A DNA stretch of 64,000 nucleotides from Gracilinanus agilis (taxonomy: Eukaryota), in NCBI RefSeq assembly GCF_016433145.1, contig NC_058131.1:30998839-31062838 (forward strand), read 5' to 3'. Under the pieces are notes generated by a model that saw nothing but the letters and a program-made list of their open reading frames with translations, was not told where the DNA came from and searched no databases. Position numbers and translations under genes: made by a program. Below are positions 48,101 through 57,343 of this stretch, in pieces. How positions within the stretch are numbered: position 1 is the stretch's first letter; every line of letters begins with the position of its first letter.

Positions 48101-51100
48101 ATGAAATGAAATGAAATGGGAGGGGGGGAAGAGAAGCATGATGCTGATGGTAAAGCTTACATTTTGTGTCCTTGTGTTTTGATATCTTAGAAGCAGAGGG
48201 TGTAATAGAAATGGAAAGAATCCACTGATAAACTCCTGAAAGGGACCTCAAAATGATAACTCTTAGTAATATTATAGTCAAGTTTCAGATTATCCAGGTC
48301 AAAGAGAAAGTACAACCAGAGCCAGAAAGAAACCATTTCAAATATTATGGAATCATGGTTAGTATCACACAAGATTTAGCAGCAATCATATCATAGGAAT
48401 GTGTTATTTTGGAAGGCAGAAGAGCTAGAATTACAAACAAGAATAATTTAACCCACAAAACTGAGTGTATTCATCTAGGGAAGAAAATGGGTATTTAATA
48501 AAATAGAGGACTTTCAAGCATACCTTATGAAAATATTACAGTGGAGCAGAAACTTTGACATTCACACATGAGCACAAAAAGATAAACATGAAGAAAAGCA
48601 ATAAGGGACTTAATAAAGTCAAATTGTTTACATTTCTTTATGGGAAGATAAAACATGTAACTCCTAAGAACTTCATTATTATAAGGGCCTTTGCAAGATG
48701 TTTACATAGACAAAGAGCCTGGATGTAGTTGATACTGTTGAAAATAGATTAAAAGTTAATTGCAAACTAAATAATCTAATCCTAAAGAATGAGTGGATCA
48801 AAGAAGAAATAATAGAAGCAATCAAGAATCGATTAAAGAAATTTACAACATACCAAAATTTGTGGGGTAGTGCCAAAGCAGTACTTAAGGGAATATATGT
48901 AAGTAAATCTACATTTCTAAATACATCAACAAAAGAGAGAAAAAAGATAGATGAATTGTACTTACAATTGGTATTGAACTGGAGATATTTAATTTGTGAT
49001 TTTTCTAGTTTGGGTTGTTTTTTTTTTTAGTTGTAAGTCCAACTTTTGGGGCAAGAACTCACTATTTGACAAAAACTGCTGAGAAAATTAGACAACAGTA
49101 TAGGAGAGATTAGGGTTAGATCAATATCTCACACCCTATACTGAGGTAAATTCAGAATGGGTAAATGATTTAAATATAAAGAGGGAAATTATAAATAAAT
49201 TATAGGGACATAGAATAGTATACCTATCAGATCTGTGGGAAAGGAAAGAATTTAAGACAAAGCAAGAGAAAGAGAATATTACAAAATGTAAAATGAATAA
49301 TTTTGATTACATTAAATTAAAAAGGTTTTGCACAAACAAAACCAATGCAATCAAAATTAGAAGGGAAGCAACAAATTGGGAAAATTTTTATAACAAAAAT
49401 CTCTGATAAGAGTCTCATTTCTCAAATTTATAAGGAGCTAATTCAATTGTACGAAAAAATCAAGCCATTCCCTAATTGACAAATGATCAAGGGACATGAA
49501 TAGGCAGTTTTCAGATAAAGAAATTAAAACTATCAATAAGCACATGAAAAAGTGTTCTATATCTCTCATAATTAGAGAAATGCAAATCAAAATAACTCTG
49601 AGGTACTACCTTACACCTAGCAAGTTGGCCAATGTAACAGTAAAGGAAAATAATAAATATTGATGGGGTTGTGGCAAAATTGGGACATTAATGCATTGCT
49701 GGTGGAGTTGTGAGTTGATTCAACCATTCTGTAAGGCAATTTTGAACTATGCTCAAAGGACTTTAAAAAGTATGCATACCCTTTGATCCAGCAATACCAC
49801 TACTAGGTTTGTACTCTAAAGAGATAATAATGAAAAATATTTGTACAAAAATATTCATAGCCACGCTCTTTGAGGTGGCAAAAAATTGGAAAATGAGGGG
49901 ATGCCCCTCAATTGGGGAATGGCTCAACAAATCGTGGTATATGATGAAGATGGAATACTATTGTGTTGTAAGGAATGATGAACTGGAGGATTTCTATATG
50001 AACTAGAAGAACCTTCAGGAACTGATGCAGAGTGAAATGAGCAGAATGAAGAGAACATTGTACAAAGAAAGGGAAACATTGTGGAACAATCCAGTGTAAT
50101 GGGCTTTGCTAATATAAGACAATCATAAGAGGCTTATGAAAAAGAATGCTATCTACATCGAGAGAAAGAACTGTGGGAGTAGAAATATAGAAGAAAGACA
50201 AATGACCAATCATTTGTTTATATGGATATATTATTGGGGGTTTTGGTTTTAAAAGACTGCTCTATTGCAAAAATGAATAATATGGAAATAGGTATAAGTG
50301 ATAACATCTGTATAACCCAGTGGAAGTGTTTATTGGATTTGGGAGGGAGGAGGAAGGAGGGGACGGAAAGAAAATGAAATAAGCAAACATGCAAAAATAA
50401 ATAGAAGAAAAAGAAAAAAAGAAAGAGAAACAACATTGTTAGGGGTTTATTCTACAGACCAATTGGACAGGACAAAATGAAGGGCTGGGGAAACACATCT
50501 CAAATCTGACCTGAAGGTCTTGTAGTGATGGGTGATTCAATTATCCCCACAGTTGCTGAAATTCTGTCTTTGCAAAAGCAGAGCAGCTAATAATAAGTTT
50601 ATGGCTTCCCTCAATGATAATTTCATGCTTCTAAATGTGGAGCAAATAACAAAGGGAACAGAAAACCTGAGCCTGTGCCTGAATAATATTGAGGAAATCA
50701 TTGTTCAAACAGAAATAATGATGGAGGAGAGGATAGCCAAGCACAATTTTCTCTTTCTTCCCCTTGATGGACTCCAGACTCTTGGTATGTCCCCTGTCAT
50801 GTTATTGCCAAACAGAAGTTACCTCTTCACCCACTTTATCATCAGGAACCCACTTTAATTTCTTGTTCTTGAGGTCCAGCTTGCTTAATAAGGGTCACAG
50901 GGGAAGCAATACTGGGTGGAAGGGCTTTTCCCCTATATTTAGTATATCATGAGACCTTCTATGGAGGCTTGTGACATTGGAGTAGAAACTCCCACTTCTA
51001 ATTATGTCAACTCCCTTCAAATCTGATACAGAACTCTTGGGAAAAGAGACTCGTTTTTAATAATCATCAAAGCATGAACTATAACTGGAACTATGACATG

Positions 51101-53173
51101 ACTTCTGTTATTGTTTGTTAATAAGTAACTGATCATTATCCCTATGGAATCACATTAAACTGGATAATTTTGATCAGAACCAATTAGGGATTAAATTGTT
51201 GATTTAAGATGGACAGGGGTCTGCTAAAATAGGATAGAGGTAAAATTATTTCTCACAGCGGTCATCTATGTCATAGGATTTAATTCCTGGATGATAATTT
51301 CCAGGGTCTTTCAAAGCTCATTTTACACACGACACCCCATCTTTTCTCTTCAAGTCTTTGCATGGGCTGTTCCCGTGCCTGGAATGATCCCCCTCTTAGG
51401 TTCCCTGACTTTATAAAACTCGTATCAAATCCTGCAGAGCAGGACATCTGCCCACCCAGGGTCTGCTTTCTCCTTCTAGTACTTTCCTCTTTGAAATTAC
51501 TTCCCACCTCATTGATATATGTGAGGTATATCTACTGATTTTCCTGTTCATCTCCACCATTAGAATAATAATTGTATTAGTTGGCATTTATATGATGCTT
51601 TAAAGTTTGCAAAAAACATTTCATTTTATCCTCTTAACAACCCTTGGAGGAAGGTGATGTTATCTCCATTTTACAGATAAGGAAATTAAGGTAGACAGAT
51701 GTTAAGTAACTTTCCCAGGATCACAGAGTTAAGAAGTGTCTGTGGCTGGATTTGGACTCAGGTCTTCCTGGCTCTAGGCCCAAGGCTTTATCCACTGTGC
51801 CATCTAGCTGAGCTTTTTGAAGATAGCTGTTTTGGACTTTCTTTATAATCCCAGCCCTCAACTCAATGCCTAGCACACAGTAAACACTTCATAAGTATTT
51901 GTTGACTGACTTAATGATACTGAGAACTGAATCAGATTCCCCAGATGTAGTTTGACCAAGGCCAGATGTGAAGGGTTTCTAATATCCTTATTTATGTTAC
52001 AGCTGAAAGGGACCCCCAAATCATCTAGCCACAGAACTATAGGATACTATATAGGAAGGGACTTTAGAGTCCCTCCGTCTATTGTCTTCTCTCTGCTTCT
52101 CCATTTTACACAAAAAGAAACTGAGGTCCAAAGAAAGTCAATGACTTGTCCAAAGTCACATAATCTACAAGTGGTAGACAAGATTCAAAACCCGGTCTTT
52201 CTACTTTGAACTCAGAGTTCTTTCCATTCCATTCCGAGGTTTTCAAGGCTGCTGATTTCTCATTTATTCAGTCAGAATGTGAATTCTTTCAAGGAACAGT
52301 CTGAGTCTCATCTTTCCCCTTTCTTGAGCCCCTAGTTCTTTTAGAGTATGAACTCTCGGGCAGAGGGTTTGCCTTTGCCTTTCTGTAAATCCTCACTATT
52401 TAGAGGCAAGAGACTTCTGAAAATTGATAAGCCTTAACCCATTTTCACTTATGAGACAGTTTAGCATCATAATGGATGGAGCATTGGACCTGGAGATGAA
52501 GAAGACCCAAGTTTGAATCCAGGCTAAGACTTTTACTAGCTGTGCGACTCTGGGGAAGTCACATCCTCCATTTCCTCATTTATAAAGTGGGAATAATAAT
52601 GGCAGGCATCTCCCAATTGTGAAGATCAGCTGAGATAACATAGAGTGCTTTGCAAACTGTGAGGTACTATATAAACGCTAATTGTTGTTGGCACAGTGCC
52701 TGACATTTATTAGGAACTTAAGAAATATTTACTGACTGACTAGTATAGGGTACAAGGTACATAGGAGGGGAAGAAGAAAGCCTGAGGATCGTGATCAATA
52801 AAATCTCTTTTAACAAATAACTTGCCAAACCTAAGCCCCCTTTCTACCCCTCCCAGCCCTAGGGCTCCTCAACCAAAATGCAGGTCAGTTCCACTGATAG
52901 GGCTCAAATAAGTCAACCTTGAGGATATGTGGTACATTGGAGAGAACAATGAACTTGTCTGATTGAACAGTCAAAATGACTTGCTTTTGAATCCCATTTG
53001 CAAGCCAAGTTGGAATATATGACCCTTACGGACCCTCACAGCTCTAAATCCAGGTTCCTTATTTTCTAGGGACTTTTCTTCTCTAGGCATAGCAGAAAAA
53101 AGGACTTACCTTTTTCAACCAGGGGCAGTTTATTTCCCTGGATCACATTTTCATAGATTCCATCTATGTCCAT
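37422..53173 (-). CDS. Gene B: langerin/CLEC4F-family type II C-type lectin with EPN/WND CRD, 7 coding exons, about 248 aa
   Basis: Exons 53110-53173, 47659-47706, 45168-45254, 41432-41530, 40938-41089, 38266-38384 and about 37599-37422 (5' end in N-gap). GT-AG wherever visible, phases 1,1,1,1,0,2. Confidence 0.9.
38266..38384 (-). CDS. Gene B CRD exon 2 (EFLYKKGNGVWYWNGLNRREDQRTFHWTDGTLFDEAKTK)
   Basis: 119 nt, tctctag acceptor, gtgagt donor; WIGL appears as WNGL. Confidence 0.93.
40938..41089 (-). CDS. Gene B CRD exon 1 (EILVQKLSEMYTVYKGNLYYFSCIEKSWTEAEQFCVSNGSHLTSVTSLEEQ)
   Basis: 152 nt; AEQFCVS..SHLTSVTS..EQ is close to langerin. Confidence 0.95.
41432..41530 (-). CDS. Gene B neck exon, 33 aa (YLRGKTDHTMSALMWKTHFERANASVTALTGQN)
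   Basis: ggttctag acceptor, G|gtgagt donor, 99 nt, phase 1-1; contains an NAS sequon. Confidence 0.85.
42011..42460. repeat. (TTCC)n and (TCC)n microsatellites flanking N-gap 42111-42370
   Basis: Read directly. Confidence 0.9.
43668..43887 (+). mobile_element. SINE1_Mdo-like SINE inserted in an older DNA-transposon-like fragment
   Basis: Full unit with (CAAA)n tail; flanks resemble the element at 45475-45720. Confidence 0.8.
45168..45254 (-). CDS. Gene B transmembrane exon (NRKPRIIHTVLALLVLILAAALSTVTYL)
   Basis: ttccttttgtccag acceptor, T|gtaagt donor, 87 nt; collinear with the gene C TM exon. Confidence 0.9.
45822..46010 (+). mobile_element. SINE1_Mdo-like SINE
   Basis: Full unit with A-tail. 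Confidence 0.85.
47659..47706 (-). CDS. Gene B exon 2, extra cytoplasmic exon (G)TYQHADNLGQTSDVW
   Basis: Strong acceptor (ttctctttctttcctcag) and donor (G|gtaagt); 48 nt; open only in phase 1. Confidence 0.65.
48150..50425 (+). mobile_element. Internally deleted, decayed L1 in gene B intron 1 (antisense to gene B)
   Basis: ORF1 C-terminal-like segment near 48200-48400; ORF2 segments (KLNNLILKNEWIKEEI...TTYQNLW..AKAVL near 48760-48890; C-terminal region 49040-49980); then 3' UTR and A-rich tail. Confidence 0.85.
50500..51280 (+). mobile_element. L3/CR1 ORF2 fragment
   Basis: gggtgattcaattatcc (GDFNYP-like) and KSRAANNKFMASLNDNFMLLNVEQITKG, a CR1 endonuclease-like segment. Confidence 0.7.
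53110..53173 (-). CDS. Gene B exon 1, MDIDGIYENVIQGNKLPLVEK(G)
   Basis: gcaggATGG start context, G|gtaagt donor, 64 nt; YENV matches gene A exon 1. Confidence 0.85.
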
Positions 53174-55106
53174 CCTGCTGCCTCTTCAGGAACAGCCTGG
53201 CTTGTGGGAATCTCTCTGATCTCTAGGTTTTGGTTGGGACATCAGCACCTTTTTTCATCAGCAGAGCAATGGGAAGAAGAAGTGAAAGCTTGCTTCAACA
53301 CTTTTTCCTCATTGTTTTCTCAAGAACCTTTGTGAGGCAACAGTAAACAGCCCCCAAAAGAGTGTGTTTCTCTTCCTCTTAACCAAATTCAATGGGCATC
53401 CTTCCTCTTAGTGTTTAAAGTCGTAAGGGTTCTGTGACATGAAGGAAATAAGAGAAGAATGTAGGCAAAAGAGAAAGCATTTATTATTAAGTTCTTACTA
53501 TGTCCCAGGTAGGGCAGCTAGGTGGCTTAGTGGATAGAATGCCTGACCTGGAGTCAGGAAATCCTGAGTTCCAATCTGGTGTTAGAAATTTACTAGCTGT
53601 ATGGCCCTGGGCAAGTCACTTAACCATTTTTGCCTCTGTTTCTTCATCTGTAAAATGAGCTAGAGAAGGAAATGGCAAATCCACTCCAGTATCTTTGCCA
53701 AGAGAACTCCAAATGGGTCACAAAGAATGGGACATAACTGAACAGCAAAATGTACCAGGCATTGGCTAAGTACTTTACAAATATTATCTCATTTGATTGT
53801 TATAATAACATATGAGGTAGGTGCTATTATATCCTCATTTAGAGGAAACTGGGGCAGATAGAAGTCAAACAATTTGCTCAGGGTCTGACACTGGATTTGA
53901 ACTTAGGTACTCCTGGTGCTTCATCCACTGGGCCACCTGGAAACCTCAGGATTGTGGTGGAATGTCCATGTTGTCTTGGTACTGGTGATTTTGTTGAATC
54001 CAAGTGTAGAACTTTATATTTACCTGTTAAGATTATTTTAGTTCTGAAATCTTGCAACATAGTTGAGGAGGAAGATCTTTGGATTTTGTGTCAGTGTCTG
54101 GGGTCAAATCCCAGTTATCTGTTTACTTTTTTCTTATATACTTATATATGTACATGACTGATTGTACTAAATCACTATAAAATTATTGGGAGTAGGAATT
54201 ATCTCATTCTTTGTGTTTGTATTCTCAGCACTTAACACAGTTCCTGGCACACAAAAGGTGCTCAATATATGCTTTTTGACTGCTTGACAATGCCCTCAGT
54301 CAAAATAGGGACACTGGCATTGACTGAGAAGGACTAGATGGTTTGGGAGACCCGTAGATTGAGTTTAAGATGCTTAGGAAATATCCAAGGGGAACTGTCC
54401 AACAGGAAATTGGAAATGAAGCCAGACTGCAAAGAACTGAAGAATGAACTGAGAAATTGTTGCCTCCAGGCAAAGAATCAAGATAGCCTTTTCTAGGAGT
54501 CTGGCTGAGAGAAAGCAAGGAGAGATATAGTATGGCCTCTTGAAGAGATATTAAGACCAATGGAAGGATTTTTAAGTACAAGAGAGATTTTTAAAAGGAC
54601 TTTTTAGGATGTGGAATATTTTAAGGGATCACAGAAGCAACCAATAGAAAAGAATTGAAGTTAATCAATTATGGCTTGTTAAGATTACTCTACTCCAGAA
54701 TGGAAAGAGGAAGTGCTTATCCAAGAGGATCCCAGAGACTCATGACAAAAAATGTCATCCATCTTCAGAGAAAGAACTGAGAGTCTGAATGCAGACNNNN
54801 NNNNNNNNNNNNNNNNNNNNNNNNNNNNNNNNNNNNNNNNNNNNNNNNNNNNNNNNNNNNNNNNNNNNNNNNNNNNNNNNNNNNNNNNNNNNNNNNNNNN
54901 NNNNNNNNNNNNNNNNNNNNNNNNNNNNNNNNNNNNNNNNNNNNNNNNNNNNNNNNNNNNNNNNNNNNNNNNNNNNNNNNNNNNNNNNNNNNNNNNNNNN
55001 NNNNNNNNNNNNNNNNNNNNNNNNNNNNNNNNNNNNNNNNNNNNNNNNNNNNNNNNNNNNNNNNNNNNNNNNNNNNNNNNNNNNNNNNNNNNNNNNNNNN
55101 NNNNNN

Positions 55107-55191
55107 CTTCCTTCCTTCCTTCCTTCCTTCCTTCCTTCCTTCCTTCCTTCCTTCCTTCCTTCCTTCCTTCCTTCCTTCCTTCCTTCCTTCC
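55107..55191. repeat. (CTTC)n microsatellite next to N-gap 54797-55106, within L1 3' UTR-like sequence
   Basis: Read directly. Confidence 0.9.
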
Positions 55192-57183
55192 TCTTTGTAA
55201 TTTGAGATCTCTTCCACAAAATAACTAATACAGAAAAATGATTTACATTGTTACATATGTAAACTCTATATCAGATTGTTTACTATCTCAAGGAGGGGGG
55301 ATAGGAGAGATAGTGAGAGAGAGGGAGAGAATTTGGAATTTAAAATATAAAAAAACTGTTAAAATTGTTTTTATATATACTTGAGGAAAAAGTATTTTTT
55401 AAGAGAGAAGGACTTAACTGAAGTTGTAATCTGCTACAGGAGATACAGTCATGGGTTCCGTAAACTGGGCAAAGGAAGCAAGAGTTGAGGACGGTATCAA
55501 GGGATTTTGAGAAGAGAATAAGAAGGCAGCTAAGTGGCTTAGGGAATTGAGAGACAGGCCTAAAGACAGGAGGTCCTGGATTCAAATCTAGCCTCAGGCA
55601 CTTTCTAGCTATGTGACTCTGGGAAAATCACTTAACCCCCATTGCCTAGCCCTTGCCACTCTTCTGCTTTGGAACCAATACACAGTATTGATTCTAAGAT
55701 GGAAGGTGAGGGTTTTATAAAAATGAAAAAAGAAGGGAATGATAGAAGTAGGAGCTCATTGGGAATGTCTTCAGTTTTCTCAAGAAAGCAAGAGGTGAGT
55801 CCCACAGCTGAGTGTGGAAGACTTGAGGAAAGAAGAGATCTGGAATAGCATCTGTGAGGCATGAGATGGTAGCTTAATTAGAAAGGGAAAAGTAGACCTC
55901 TTTGCTGCAGAATGGGACCTAATGAATTAGATTCATTATATACAGTATACATTACTCATCACTATTGCCTGACTTATTCCATCTCTTTCTTGCAGCATGA
56001 GAATAGAGTGGAGTCCTTGGAATAATTCTGGATTGGGGGCAGGCAAAGAATGGCCAATGATATAGTAGGGGTCTGAGGGATCTGAGGATAAGAGGCAAGG
56101 TGGAACTGGCTAGATTAATTAAGAAAGACGATAGGGAGTAGAGGAAAGTGTAGTCAGATCATGAGACATGGTCTTAGAAAGTTCTGAGAGGGTAGAAGTA
56201 TAAGTCTTAATGAGGGCAAATTAATTAAGGAGGGGTGAGGGAGAAAGAGAGGGGAAGAGAGAGAGCAGACAGAGACAGAGAGAGACAGGGAGAGAGAGAG
56301 ATAGAGAGACAGAGACAGATAGAGACATGGGGGGGGGAGAAGGGAAGGAAGGAGGAATGAAGAGAGAGAGAATGATTGGTGGTAACAATCAGATAGAACA
56401 ATTGTGAGCAAAAGTGAGATCCAGGTTGTGACTTGTGATCCATGGCTAAAGTGCAGTGGAAGTGAAGTTTGTGACATCTGAGGAGACTGAGGAAATCAAA
56501 GGGAGATGCTTAAGGGAGAATAAACATGAATGTTGAATGTTCCCATTGTGAAATCAGGAGATGAGAAGAGGAAGACAGCGAAGCAGACACTCTACTCCAG
56601 GAGAAAAGAGGAAGAATGACCTGGCAGTGAGCAGGTAGCAGCCACCAGAATCCATGGTAGTAATAGAATGAGCGTGAAAGAGGATAGACTTCCAAGTGCT
56701 GGAGGGGAAAAGAGAGTCAGGTAGTGGTTTTTCATGACTTTCATCCTTTCAGTCATCTTGAGTCCCAACCTGGTTTTTTCCATTCTTCTCTCTTCTCCAC
56801 CCCCTCCCCAATCAGTTGCCAAATCTTCTCACTGCTACCTCCAAAAGAGTTTTTATAAATTTCACCTTCTTCCTTCCATTCACTTCATTTTGATCTTAGG
56901 CTCACCTCTCATCATTTCTTTTCTGGACTGCTATAGTAAGTTTCTAATTGGTCCCCCTATGTCTTGGGAGGAGGCTGAAGTTCAGGGACCTCAAGTAACT
57001 TGGCCATGGTCACACAGCACATATTATAACAAAGCCCAAATCTCCAAATCTCCTGACTCTGAGACCAGTCCTCTTTTCATCACTCCACAGTGCCCAACAA
57101 GCTGACATCTCATCTCTTTTTACCATAGTAGTATGGTGGCTTCAGAGTCCTAAGAGAGAGAATGGACAGTCTCTAATTCAAGG

Positions 57184-57304
57184 AAAGAGGAAGGGGGATT
57201 GTGAGGACAACCCACTCTCTGGTGCAACCCACTACTGACTCACCAGAATGAATTTCAGATGGCAGAAGTCATTGAACTCAGTGTCTAAGGCTGTCACTTC
57301 CTCT
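57184..57304 (+). promoter_or_regulatory. Candidate gene C promoter with two PU.1-type sites
   Basis: AAAGAGGAAGG at 57184-57194 and CACTTCCTCT (AGAGGAAGTG on minus) at 57295-57304, immediately upstream of the first recognisable exon. Confidence 0.45.
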
Positions 57305-57316
57305 GTGATTTCTCAG

Positions 57317-57343
57317 ATGATGTGAAGGGCTCTGTTTCTTCTG
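57317..57343 (+). other. Gene C candidate upstream exon: either 27-nt coding (D)DVKGSVSS or the end of a non-coding first exon
   Basis: Good donor G|gtaaga at 57344 and possible acceptor tttctcag at 57316; no in-frame ATG, and an in-frame TAA lies shortly upstream. Confidence 0.45.

Noticed and set aside
52857-52883. 27-nt plus-strand exon-like segment as a possible gene C 5' exon
   Set aside because: It lies inside gene B intron 1, upstream of B's own first exon on the other strand, and shows no homology to paralog exons; probably chance.
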